This document shows, in pieces, positions 9,415 to 19,398 of a stretch of DNA of 64,000 bases. Each line of letters opens with the position of its first letter. The first letter of the stretch is position 1. The DNA lies in contig OY970325.1 of assembly GCA_963717145.1 (NCBI GenBank), forward strand, positions 352,001 through 416,000, read 5' to 3'. The position numbers were made by a program, and so were the translations under genes. Below the pieces are notes generated by a model. That model was not told the DNA's origin and ran no database searches. It saw only the letters and a program-made list of their open reading frames with translations. This DNA is from an uncultured Armatimonadetes bacterium. GTDB taxonomy: Bacteria; Armatimonadota; UBA5829; DTJY01.

Positions 9415-10780
9415 GTGTGCAAAGCAGTCTGGAGTGACGACAGGGTTCGCTATTTCATAGAGAGGGCTGAGCTGTATGCTGAACGGGGTCAGCATTCGAA
9501 AGTCTCCGCATGTCTGGAGACTGCTCTATCCATCGGGGCGGATCTTCCGGAAGGCGAGCAGGCAAAGCTTCATGTTCGGTTAGCTGAGGCTTTCCGGAAT
9601 CTCCAGCAGAATCGGGCTGCTATCCGCCACTACGAGCGCGCTCTGGAATGGAGTGGCCTTGATTGTCCTGGCGACATCATACACGCGATCGGCGCCTTGT
9701 ATCATCGCCAGCGTGAGCATGAGGTGGCGCTGAAGTACTACGCGGATGCACTATTGCGGAATCCGTCCCTCCCTGGTGATGTGTACTACGACATGGCCGC
9801 GACGTACCGGCGCATGGAAGAATACGAGCGTGCTCTGGGGTGCTATGATCTCAGCCTGGCTTGTATGTCTGGCAAGGAACGCTCCGTGATGGACTGGGAG
9901 ATCGAGCGGAGCCGTGGCGTTGTACACTGGCATAATGGGGATCTGGGGATTGCGGAGAGTTGCTTCCGCAGTGTACTGAAGTCTGGGCTGTGTGATATCC
10001 CAGGCAACGTGTACAATGATCTCGGCATAATCCACCATGCCCGCGGTAGACTGAAGGAAGCCGAGGATTGTCTAGACAAGGCGGCGGCCGATACCCAACC
10101 TGATACGAGCGCGTCAGGGTTATTTCACCTTGGCGAGCTGTATGAAGCGCAGGGTAGATATGGTGAGGCGGCGGTGAGTTACCGACAAGCGGAGAAGAAC
10201 TACCTGTTGGCGAATACCCTCGGGATCACTAGTCCCAAGTCCACCGAGTCCAATCTCAGCAAGGCTCGTGGGAGGATAGCGGTTCTGCAGCACAGGCAGA
10301 TACTCGACTGCTACAAGGTGGGTAAGGAGTGTCCTCACAATGTTGCGGACCTCCAGATGAATATGGTGTTCGTGGCGATGCCATTTGGGCAGGACCGGGA
10401 GAAGGATGGTCTGGGACCACATATACCAAGCCGGGATCAAGCCAGCGATCGAGGAGGTGGCCAGGCTAACGTGCACTAGAGCGGATGAGATCCATTATCC
10501 TCCCGACGATATGTGCAAGGTGTGCCTTGGTATACAGAAGGCTGGAATGGTTGTAGCGGACCTTACGGATGGGAACCCGAACGTCTTCTATGAGGTGGGT
10601 CTCGCCCATGCCTTGCAGAAGACCGTGGTTCTGGTGGCCCGGTCAGGCCAGAAGCAGCCTTTCGACCTGAAGAGCATGGACTGCATCCACTATGGGAAGC
10701 CTGAGGAGTTGAGGCAGGTCCTTGGGGAACGTCTCAGGGGTATACTGGAAGCCAAGCATTCGCAGTTCCCGCAGGAGTAG
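9415..10780 (+). CDS. TPR-repeat protein fused to a C-terminal nucleoside 2-deoxyribosyltransferase/TIR-like domain; frameshift at about 10385-10415
   Basis: Multiple TPRs, then FVAMPF in one frame continuing as WDHIYQAGIKPA..RADE..VVADLTDGNPNVFYEVGLAHAL..PFD in the next frame. Confidence 0.78.
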
Positions 10781-11050
10781 TGGGCCAACTGACGCCCCTC
10801 CAGTTGCTTCCGGCGGGCAAACCTCTGCGTTCCATCCGCGCCAGACCCTTTACTTCTTCCATTTTAATAAGGAAGAAAGCCTTCAAATTCTCCCTCCAGT
10901 ATTCCTACCAGTACGCCATAATGGGCAACATATCAAGTCGTTGCTAGCCTGCTTTCACGGCGGGCGAACCTTCCGCTGACGGAGTTCAGGACTTCGCGTG
11001 ATACGAACCTGATCGTTCTGTGATGCGAGCATTGAACCTCATCAAACCAC

Positions 11051-11079
11051 TTGCCACGGACGAGCCTTTCCGGTAGAAT
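11051..11079 (+). promoter_or_regulatory. Sigma70-type promoter for purL-purQ
   Basis: TTGCCA-17 bp-TAGAAT, followed by GGAGG and ATG 11098. Confidence 0.65.
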
Positions 11080-11097
11080 ATGGCCGGAGGGTGACCA

Positions 11098-13892
11098 ATG
11101 GCGCTGGCAAACCTTTACGTTCAGTTCAAGCAAGACCCCGAGGCCGAGAGCCTCTCGAAACAGCTACGGGAACTCGGCTATCACGTCGATGATGTGCGGA
11201 TCGAGCGGGTCATCCGCCTCGAAGGGGATATGGATGTCGGGGAGCTGACACCGCTCCTCGTCAACCCGATCTACCAGACCTCGTCCCGCGAGTCGGCGCT
11301 CGACCCCGCGGACGGCCCGATCGTCGAGATCGGATACCAGCGCGCGGTGACCGACCCCGAGACTCCCTCGATCTTCGACGGCGCGAACGCCCTGAGGGTC
11401 GAGGGCCTCGAATGGGCGCGACTCAGTCAGCGGTACCAGTTCATCGGCGCGTCACCCGATGAGGCGAAGCGCATTACGAAAGAAAACCTTTTCAATCCCA
11501 TCGTCCAGGCCCTCATCGAGAGCGAGCATCCCTGGGATTCCCTTCGTCCGCACGGAATGCCCGACCCGGTGAAGCAGATCTCGCTCGCGGGACTGTCCGA
11601 CGAACAACTGATGAAGCTGAGCGCCGACGGCTCATGGTACGCGCCTTTGAGTCAGATGAAGGCATTGCAGCAGTACGAGCGCAGATCGGCCGCCCGCTCA
11701 CCGATGCGGAGATCGAGATCACGGTCCAGTCCTGGTCGGACCACTGCTATCACACGACCTGGCGGAGTCTGAAGCTCCTGGAAAAGCTCCAGGCGGCGAC
11801 GGCGAAGATCAACCATCCCTCGGTCGTCTCCGTGTTCAAAGACAACGCCGGCGGGATGAAGTTCTACGACGGCGAGGTCATCCTCATCAAGGGCGAGACC
11901 CACAATTTTCCCTCCTCGATCGCCACATTCGGCGGAGTCGCGACCAAGCACGGCGGCGTGATCCGCGACGCGATCGGCTTCGGGTAGGGCGGATATCCCA
12001 TCGGCGGCTCGACGATCATGGGCACGATGGACCCGCGCATGAAGTCCGAGGATGTCCCCGGCGGGGCGCTCCATCCGCGCGTGATCCTGCTCGAATCGAT
12101 CCGCGCGACGGCGTACTACTGCAACCCGATGGGCATCCCGATGATGTACCCGATCTACCGCATGCATCCCGGCTACCCGAAGTGCCTGGCGCTCGGGCAC
12201 ACGCTCGGCATCATCCCCGAGAAGTACGCGCTCAAGGACGACCCGCGTCCCGGCGATTCCCTCGTGCTCTTCGGCGGCCGCACGGGCCGCGACGGAATCC
12301 ACGGCGCGACCGCCTCTTCCGCCGAGATGACCGGCGAGACGATCCACAAGGAGGCCGCCGCCGTGCAGATCGGCCACCCGATCACCGAGCGGAAGTTCAT
12401 GACCGCCGTGCCTGAGCTGCGCGACGCGGATTGTTTGCGCTCGTTCACCGATCTCGGCGCGGGCGGACTCTCATGCGCGGCGGGTGAGATGGGTGCGGAG
12501 ACCGGAGTCCGCGTCGATCTGGCGACGGTCCCGCTGAAGGACGAAAGCCTCGCGCCGTGGGAGATCCTGCTCTCGGAGTCGCAGGAGCGGATGGCGGTGG
12601 CGATTCCTCCCGAGAAACTCGAGGAGGCGCTCGAAATCCTGCGGCGATACGACATCGAGTACGCGGTGATCGGCGAGTTCACGGACACGCACAAGCTCAC
12701 GGCATTCCACGGCGACCAACTCGTCGCCGATCTCGATATGCAGTTCCTCTGGAAGGCCTGCCCGATCGACCCCATTGAAGTGAAGCAGCCGATGAGACGG
12801 ATGGGACGGATGGGACGGATGGGACCGAAGAGCCCGTCGGAGTGGCAGGATGCCGTCGAGAAGGTGCTCGCTCACCTCCACTGCTGCGATCAGTCGCGCG
12901 CGGGGACGCAGTTCGATTCGACGGTCCAGGGGCGCACGGTCATCGGCCCGTACGGCGGGAAGAACGGCCGCATGCCGACCAACGTGTTCGTCTCCGCGCC
13001 GATACGCGGGAAGCCCTACGGCGTCGCCACGACCCTGGCGTTCAACCCGTTCTACGCGGAGATCGATCCCGCGGGAATGGCCCGGCTCTCGATGGTCGAG
13101 GCGATCGCAAAGGCGGTGGCGGTGGGCGTGAGCCTCGACGACATCGCGCTGTGCGACAATTTCTACACGCCGAAGATTCGCCCCGAGAGCGCCTGGGAGC
13201 TGAAGGAGATGGTCGAGACGATCGCCGACCTCTCGATGATCTTCGGGACACCGTTCATCTCGGGCAAGGATTCCAGCTCCGGCACGTTCAAGTCGGACAC
13301 CGGGGAACTGATCGACGTGCCGAACACGCTCTGCGTTTCGACGCTCGGCCGGATGCCGGATGTGCGCAAGGCCGTCACCAAGGAGTTCAAGCAGGCGGGG
13401 AACAAGCTGATCGTTCTCGGCAGGCTCGATCCTGAGCGGCTCGGCGGCTCGGTCTACCTCGATGCATACGGCGAGCGCGGCGACAAGCTTTCCGATTGGG
13501 GACAGGAGTGGACGAAGGACCTCGTCGTTCTCTACAATAAGCTGCATCAGATCTACTGGAACGACAATCCGATCCGGTCGGCCTCCGCGATCGCCGAGGG
13601 TGGGGTGCTCCTCCGCCTGTTCGAAGCGTCGATGGGAGGTGGATTGGGCGTCGAGGTCGAGAGTAAGGCGGCTGGCATGCTCTTCACCGAGGCGGTCGGC
13701 GCGCTCCTGCTCGAAGTAGATGCCTCCGCCGATCCGCTCCAACTCCTGAGCGGCCTGCCGTGGATCGAAATCGGCCGGGTGACCGAATCGTCCGAGTTGG
13801 CGATCACCGATGGGGGCCGGGAGGTCTTCCGTGAGCCGATCGCCGATCTCGTCAAGGTCTGGGAGAAGCCCTTCGCGGAGGTAGTCGGATGA
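11098..13892 (+). CDS. purL: FGAM synthase PurL with N-terminal PurS-like region; frameshift at about 11680 and in-frame TAG at 11985-11987
   Basis: QSWSDHCYH, KGETHNFPS, GGVIRD, TGRDGIHGAT, DLGAGG, SESQERM, ISGKDS distributed over three consecutive ORFs. Confidence 0.92.
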
Positions 13893-14641
13893 ACCCGCAA
13901 CCCATAACCCATAACCCAAAACCCGTCGTCGCCGTCCTCTATGGTCCGGGCATCAACTGCCACGAGGAAGCGGCGTTCGCCGTCGAAGCCGCCGGTCTCG
14001 ATGCGAAGATCGTCAACCTTGAGACCGTCCTGGCGGGCGAGGACAAGCTCACCGACTACCAGGCGATGATCGTCCCCGGCGGATTCTCATGGGGCGACCA
14101 CCTCGGCGCGGGCCGCGTCTTCGGCGTGCATCTCACCGCGCGGCTGACCGATCAGCTCAACGAACTCGTCGAGACCGGCAAGCCGATCCTCGGCATCTGC
14201 AACGGATTTCAGATCATCGTCGAGGCCGGACTGCTCCCCGACCGGACCGTCGGCCATCGGACCGCCGCTCTCCTCCAGAACCGGTCCGCGCGCTTCGAGA
14301 GCCGCTGGGTCGAACTCGTCGTCACCGACGCCGACAGCATTTGGACGAAGGGACTCGAGGGGCGAATCCTCCGCATGCCGGTTGCGCATGGTGAGGGCCG
14401 ATTGTTCCGGGATGACGACAAGTCGTTCCGCGCGGCGCTCTGTTACGCCAAGGAAGGCAAGCCGACGGAGGAGTACCCGGCGAACCCCGGCGGCACTCCC
14501 GGCGGCATCACCGGCATCTGCGACTCCACCGGCCTGATCTTCGGCATGATGCCGCACCCCGAGCGCGCCTGCCTGGACTGGCACGGCTCCTCCGACGGCA
14601 TGGAACTCTTCAATAACCTGACGAGGTATCTCCGTGGCTAG
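13889..14641 (+). CDS. purQ: FGAM synthase glutaminase subunit
   Basis: PGINC, PGGFSWGD, LGICNGFQ, AHGEG, MMPHPER. Confidence 0.97.
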   Translation: MNPQPITHNPKPVVAVLYGPGINCHEEAAFAVEAAGLDAKIVNLETVLAGEDKLTDYQAMIVPGGFSWGDHLGAGRVFGVHLTARLTDQLNELVETGKPILGICNGFQIIVEAGLLPDRTVGHRTAALLQNRSARFESRWVELVVTDADSIWTKGLEGRILRMPVAHGEGRLFRDDDKSFRAALCYAKEGKPTEEYPANPGGTPGGITGICDSTGLIFGMMPHPERACLDWHGSSDGMELFNNLTRYLRG

Positions 14642-14957
14642 CATCGAGGAACGACAGATCATTGATCGAATGGTCGGGCGCATAGCGGAGATGTTCCACC
14701 CGGAGAAGATCATCCTCTTCGGCTCCATGGCGCGTGGTGATCAGACCGGCGACAGTGACGTGGATCTGCTGGTCATCGTCAGAGAGGTGAGCGACCGCCG
14801 CTCGTTGAGTGTGGCCATGCGTCGCGCGGTCAACGGCATGGGGTTGCCCAAAGACATCGTTGTGCTCACCACGGAGGAGTTCGAGCGCAAGCGGAACATA
14901 CCGGGGACTATCGCCTATCCTGCCGAGCATGAAGGGATGGTGCTCTATGCCGCCTAG
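14634..14957 (+). CDS. Minimal nucleotidyltransferase (MNT) antitoxin
   Basis: IILFGSMARG...SDVDLLV. Confidence 0.9.
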   Translation: MASIEERQIIDRMVGRIAEMFHPEKIILFGSMARGDQTGDSDVDLLVIVREVSDRRSLSVAMRRAVNGMGLPKDIVVLTTEEFERKRNIPGTIAYPAEHEGMVLYAA

Positions 14958-15363
14958 GGAAGTCATGGAAGAGGTCGCCGCCTGGATAGCCAAAGCGGAG
15001 AGTGATCTCAAGAACATAAAACTGGTATTGCCAGCAGAGGATGCGCCGTTTGACACTGTCTACTTCCATGCGCAACAGGCTGCAGAGAAGTACCTGAAGG
15101 CCTTGTTGGTCTTCTATGGGATACCGATCAGGAAGACACACGACTTATATGAACTGCTCATAATGTTGCCAAGTAGTTCCTCGGTCCCTGCGGAGGTCGG
15201 CGATCTGAGTGACCTAACGGATGCTGCGGTTGCTGCCAGATACCCGGAAATGGGCATCACATATGATCGGAAGACCGCCACCGACAAGCTAGAGGAAGCC
15301 GAGCTGGTCAAGGCATCTGTCCTCGATGAGTTGGCATCCCAAGGGTACGTCCATCCGACGTAA
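14947..15363 (+). CDS. HEPN-domain protein (MNT-HEPN module)
   Basis: W..KAESDL, FHAQQAAEKYLKA, KTHDL, ARYP; overlaps the MNT gene. Confidence 0.88.
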   Translation: MPPREVMEEVAAWIAKAESDLKNIKLVLPAEDAPFDTVYFHAQQAAEKYLKALLVFYGIPIRKTHDLYELLIMLPSSSSVPAEVGDLSDLTDAAVAARYPEMGITYDRKTATDKLEEAELVKASVLDELASQGYVHPT

Positions 15364-15371
15364 CCAGGCGC

Positions 15372-15584
15372 TCAGGTGATCTTCATGCACGCATACCACG
15401 GCTTGATCTGCATGTGGAAGTAGCTTCCGATCGCCGATGCCTTCATCAGGCTCTTGTACCTCGTCTCCGGGACGCCCGCGTACTGGTAAACGCCGCCACT
15501 CCCGAACTCGATCTCCAGGACCTGCGTCTTCGCATCGTATCCCACCGAGACGATGTTGGTCGAACGAACCGTTCTCCGCTCCAA
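15372..15584 (-). CDS. KTSC-domain protein
   Basis: VRSTNIVSVGYD...LEIEF.SG.VYQY.GVP...SIGSYFH. Confidence 0.9.
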   Translation of the reverse strand: MERRTVRSTNIVSVGYDAKTQVLEIEFGSGGVYQYAGVPETRYKSLMKASAIGSYFHMQIKPWYACMKIT

Positions 15585-15721
15585 GTCTTCCTCCCCGCCG
15601 AATGATCCGCGACAATCATAGCCGAAGAGCGGAGTGTCTGCAAGCAGTCGGCAGGAATCTCACCTTCGTTGGTCGAATATCTATTCATCCGCGTCCCCCA
15701 AGCAGATCCAGGAGAGATGTC

Positions 15722-17521
15722 ATGTCCACTCAACTCGGCAAGATGATCTGTTACATCGCACTTCTCCTCGCCCTGGCATGTTCACTCGCCGCCCAGGACC
15801 ACCAGCGCGTCTTCAAGCCCTACAAGCCTTTCGACGACCCGAGGCCGAAGCTCGCCGCCCAGATCACCGAGGACGCGCGCCTCGACGCCAAGGTGACCGT
15901 CCACGTCAAGAGCATGAATATGAAGGCGCTGTTCGACGGACTCAGCCGTGCCACCGGGGTCAAGCTGCGAGTCGGCCAGGAGATCCAGTCCGAGCGCCCG
16001 ATCGTCTACATGCGCGACCGCCCTCTCCGCGACGTCATGGTCGAGGTGGCGAACCTCTACGGCTACTACTGGCTCGTCAAGGGCACTCCCGGCGACCGGA
16101 CTTATGAGCTGTTCCAGGACCTCCGCCATGCCCAGAAGCGGGCGCAGCTTGCCCGCGAGAAGCTGGACATGCTCAACAACTGCCTCATGGAAGCCGTCAA
16201 GAAGGGCAAGGAACTGCTCGGCGATCCCGAGGCGATGCGTAAGGCAGAGCAGGACAACCCCGCGATGGCGAAGTCGCTCGCCGATCCCGCGAACAGGGAT
16301 TCTCTCAACATCCTCTCCCTCATGGACGAGGCTCTCCTCGGAAAGGTCCTGACGGGCAGCAAGCTGACTGTGCCCACGACCGATCTGTCCCCGGAGGTTC
16401 AGCAGGCCATGCTCGACTCCCTGAATTCCGGCATGAAGCGCTGGGAGGACGATCGCCGAGCGAATGGAGAGCAGTCGCAGGACTACCAGGTCTATGATAT
16501 GGATGATCTCCGGCGGACCGACATGACCATCGCCAGGAAGTTGCACAGCGTCTTCGGAATGCCGATGTTCGTCATGACCATTTTTCGAAACGGCGAGAAT
16601 AGGATTCGCAGTTCCCCGCTGCTGGCGATGTGGCCGAAGCCATTCGACATGGGCCTCTCCGAGTTGGACCTGCTCGCAGCGATGGTCGATCCCGGTTCAG
16701 CCGCGGAGAAGGTGATCGGCGATCCGCTCCCCGCCAAGCCGGGGATCACGATCGAGAAGGGCAGCAGGATCGAGAACGGGTACGCCGTTCGGCTTGGCGA
16801 TGCGCTCGAGGCGATCGCCGATCAGGCGAAGCTCGACATCATCGCCGACTACTACTTCCATCCCGTGTTCATGGGCACGGTCAACGACAGGCCGGTCAAC
16901 GAGTACGTCAAGGACGTCTGCGGCGCATTCGGTTACACGTGTCAGGTCGAGAAAACCACGCTCCGGTTCAGGAGCAATTCATGGTTCGACGTGGATCTGA
17001 TGCAGGAGCCGCCCGCCGAACTCGTCGACCGCGCGTGGTCTAGCATAGAGACGCTTGGGCGGCCCAAGATAAAGGACCTGCTGGAGCTTGCGAAACTCCC
17101 CGAGGCGCAGTTGGCGTGGGGCGGACTGAGGTTCGTGCCGGGTGTCAGCAGGGCACGGCTCTCCCCGACGAGCCTGCGGATATGGGCGATGCTCACTCCC
17201 GCGCAGGAGGCGGCGGCGAAGAGCGAGGCGGGACTCAACGCGACCGACCTTTCCGCCGAGCAGCAGGACAAGTACTACACGTGGGCGAAGATCATCAAGC
17301 CGCTGATCTCGATCTCCGACCTCGCCAAGTCGCGGCTGACCATCCGCACGTTCGACGAGGGGCATCTCAGGTACCAAGTCCGCATGCTCACTCCCGACGG
17401 AACCAATCCGAACGTCGAGATCATCATGCCGGACGCGCTCTCCGAGAAGGATCGCAAGGAACTCGCCGCCCAGCGCAGAGCCGATGCCGCCGCCGACAAG
17501 ATCGAGCGCGCCGCTCTGTAG
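15722..17521 (+). CDS. Secreted hypothetical protein with STN-like domains
   Basis: Signal peptide; DARLDAKVT...LSRATGV..PLRDVM; IIADYY; similar to the protein at 51668-53805. Confidence 0.65.
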   Translation: MSTQLGKMICYIALLLALACSLAAQDHQRVFKPYKPFDDPRPKLAAQITEDARLDAKVTVHVKSMNMKALFDGLSRATGVKLRVGQEIQSERPIVYMRDRPLRDVMVEVANLYGYYWLVKGTPGDRTYELFQDLRHAQKRAQLAREKLDMLNNCLMEAVKKGKELLGDPEAMRKAEQDNPAMAKSLADPANRDSLNILSLMDEALLGKVLTGSKLTVPTTDLSPEVQQAMLDSLNSGMKRWEDDRRANGEQSQDYQVYDMDDLRRTDMTIARKLHSVFGMPMFVMTIFRNGENRIRSSPLLAMWPKPFDMGLSELDLLAAMVDPGSAAEKVIGDPLPAKPGITIEKGSRIENGYAVRLGDALEAIADQAKLDIIADYYFHPVFMGTVNDRPVNEYVKDVCGAFGYTCQVEKTTLRFRSNSWFDVDLMQEPPAELVDRAWSSIETLGRPKIKDLLELAKLPEAQLAWGGLRFVPGVSRARLSPTSLRIWAMLTPAQEAAAKSEAGLNATDLSAEQQDKYYTWAKIIKPLISISDLAKSRLTIRTFDEGHLRYQVRMLTPDGTNPNVEIIMPDALSEKDRKELAAQRRADAAADKIERAAL

Positions 17522-17669
17522 AGGCTGTATGGAGTTGGCAGAAGTCAGGAAGCCAACTGGTAGATCGCCGGGCGGTAGCGGGGGCTGGGGATGGGCCTTC
17601 CTTCCGCTTTGGCGGCTTCGAGCCAGGCTTCCTTCGCTATCTCGACCAGGCAGACCGGAATGAGGTATA

Positions 17670-17981
17670 ATGAGAGCGGATCACGAATTGAGACATGAAC
17701 TTGGTCAAGACTTCGAATGGTATAGGGAGAAGGCCGATAGCAATCTGCGGAAGCATGGTGTCGGCTTTGAGGAGGCCATAACGGTTTTTTCGGACAAGCT
17801 GTCTCTTGTATCTCCTGACCCAGCCCATTCCCAACTTGAGGAAAGACTTGCTCTCATTGGAGTCTCAGCGGCGGGCCGATTGCTGGTGGTTGCCTATACC
17901 GAACGAGCCGCTAAGATTCGCATTATAAGCTGTTGGCGAGCAACTCGACATGAGAGAGAAGCATATGAAGAAGAAAGCTGA
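17670..17981 (+). CDS. brnT: BrnT-family toxin (start uncertain)
   Basis: FEW...KA.SNLRKHGVGFEEA, H...EER..LIG, IRIIS. Confidence 0.88.
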   Translation: MRADHELRHELGQDFEWYREKADSNLRKHGVGFEEAITVFSDKLSLVSPDPAHSQLEERLALIGVSAAGRLLVVAYTERAAKIRIISCWRATRHEREAYEEES

Positions 17982-18270
17982 AGAGCAAGACGACATGCTG
18001 CCCGAGTATGATTTCCGTGCGGGAGTTCGCGGAGAATACGCTGACGCCTTTCGGAAAGGCTATACTGTGACCGTACACGAGGCGGACGGAAGTACCACTG
18101 TTCAGCACTTCAAGCCCGATGAAGAGGCAATAGTGTTGGAGCCGGATGTCCGCGAGTACTTCCCCGACTCGGAGTCTGTCAACAAAGCCCTCCGCTCTCT
18201 CATAGAGATCGCCCCCAGGCGAAGACGCAGAGCGCCTTCTGGTCCTGCCAGGGCCCGGAAAGCGGTCTAG
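17965..18270 (+). CDS. Antitoxin partner of BrnT
   Basis: DDMLPEYDF..GVRG.YA...LEPDV..YFPDSESVNKALRSLI; overlaps the toxin gene. Confidence 0.8.
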   Translation: MKKKAEEQDDMLPEYDFRAGVRGEYADAFRKGYTVTVHEADGSTTVQHFKPDEEAIVLEPDVREYFPDSESVNKALRSLIEIAPRRRRRAPSGPARARKAV

Positions 18271-18282
18271 CGATCGCTCACG

Positions 18283-18369
18283 ATGATGCCGTACCCCGAG
18301 CGAGCCTCCCTCCCTTGGCACGGCTCCTCGGACGGCATGGAGCTTTGCAAGAACCTGGCGAGGTATCTC
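18283..18369 (+). repeat. Diverged duplicate of the purQ 3' end
   Basis: 74 of 87 nt identical (hand count) to 14546-14632; reads MMPYPERASLPWHGSSDGMEL. Confidence 0.9.
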
Positions 18370-18414
18370 GGGGAATGCTGAGGCTGAGTTGAGACGATAA
18401 GGGGAACGAGTGCC

Positions 18415-19338
18415 ATGAGGACTGGCAGGAACCAATCGACCACAATCGCCGATCTGCTTGAAGAGATCGGTTCGCGGCTACAAGCGGAATTTGTCGCCAC
18501 AGGTATTCCGCGCTCGCGGATCGTCGAGGAAGCCGAGCGGCTAGGATATGATCGTCGCAGTGTACTGCCGTCCGACTACTGCTATAACCTGATCAACACG
18601 TCCCCTTCCTCCTTTCGACATCCCCTGTTTGAGCAGATCGAGAAGGGGTACTTCCGCTTTATAGGCAAGGGCTATCCCTACAGTGGCTCAGTATGGTGGA
18701 TGCAGCGGAATGGCAGGAAGGAAGAGGTGGGGAAGTGGATATCTGGTGATTGCCGACTGCAGAGTGATCCGAGGAGGCTCAGATCATCCGGCCCGGACAC
18801 GCCTGCTGTCGGGTCCACGCTTGGCGAAGCCTCATCCGCTGTGCCATCAAAGGCAATCGCCGCTTCCGCAGGGGTATCGCAGTCAGTAATGGACTGGTCG
18901 AGGCTCTCAAAGCTTCAGATTGGACGCTATTCGGAGTACTTCGTGAAAATGGAGTTCACGCTGCATGGTTTTGATGTCTACTCATCTGAGGTCGACGACA
19001 AGGGTATCGACTTCGTCGTTCGCAAACATCCTGACAAGTACTATGACGTCCAAGTCAAGTCGGCCCGCATGCTGAAGTCGGGTAACTATATCTTCATGCG
19101 GAAGGACAAGTTCCAGCCGTGTAGCAACATCCTTGCAGCGATAGTGCTATTCTTCAATGAATGCACTCCCTACGTATATCTGATACCTTCTCAGGCGTGG
19201 CTCACTCCTGATTCGCTCTTCTGCGACCGTGATTACGAAGGAAGGAAGAGCAAGCCCGAATGGGGGCTCAACATCTGCAAGAAGAACATGCGACTGCTTG
19301 AGCCGTATTCCTTCACCAACATGGCGGCCACCCTCTAA
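18415..19338 (+). CDS. Two-domain protein with C-terminal DUF4365-like PD-(D/E)XK nuclease
   Basis: GRYSE...VDDKGIDFVV...DVQVKS; N-terminal domain with SVLPSDYCYN; Ser/Ala-rich linker. Confidence 0.7.
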   Translation: MRTGRNQSTTIADLLEEIGSRLQAEFVATGIPRSRIVEEAERLGYDRRSVLPSDYCYNLINTSPSSFRHPLFEQIEKGYFRFIGKGYPYSGSVWWMQRNGRKEEVGKWISGDCRLQSDPRRLRSSGPDTPAVGSTLGEASSAVPSKAIAASAGVSQSVMDWSRLSKLQIGRYSEYFVKMEFTLHGFDVYSSEVDDKGIDFVVRKHPDKYYDVQVKSARMLKSGNYIFMRKDKFQPCSNILAAIVLFFNECTPYVYLIPSQAWLTPDSLFCDRDYEGRKSKPEWGLNICKKNMRLLEPYSFTNMAATL

Positions 19339-19339
19339 C

Positions 19340-19368
19340 TTGACAATCCCCTCCCTTCCCCCTATCCT
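19340..19368 (+). promoter_or_regulatory. Sigma70-type promoter
   Basis: TTGACA-17 bp-TATCCT upstream of GGAGG and ATG 19399. Confidence 0.6.
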
Positions 19369-19398
19369 GTCCACAAACCAATCTCCCGGAGGTCAACC

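Noticed and set aside
10385-10415. Programmed ribosomal frameshift in the TPR-NDT gene
   Set aside because: No slippery heptamer at the junction, and indels are common in this window
10790-11050. Purine or ZTP riboswitch upstream of purL
   Set aside because: No matching consensus seen, and the likely promoter lies downstream of this region
11985-11987. Amber recoding or pyrrolysine in purL
   Set aside because: TAG is an ordinary stop for many genes here, no pyl genes are visible, and a nearby frameshift suggests error or decay
14634-19338. Prophage or integron cassette array
   Set aside because: No phage structural genes, integrase or recognisable attC sites
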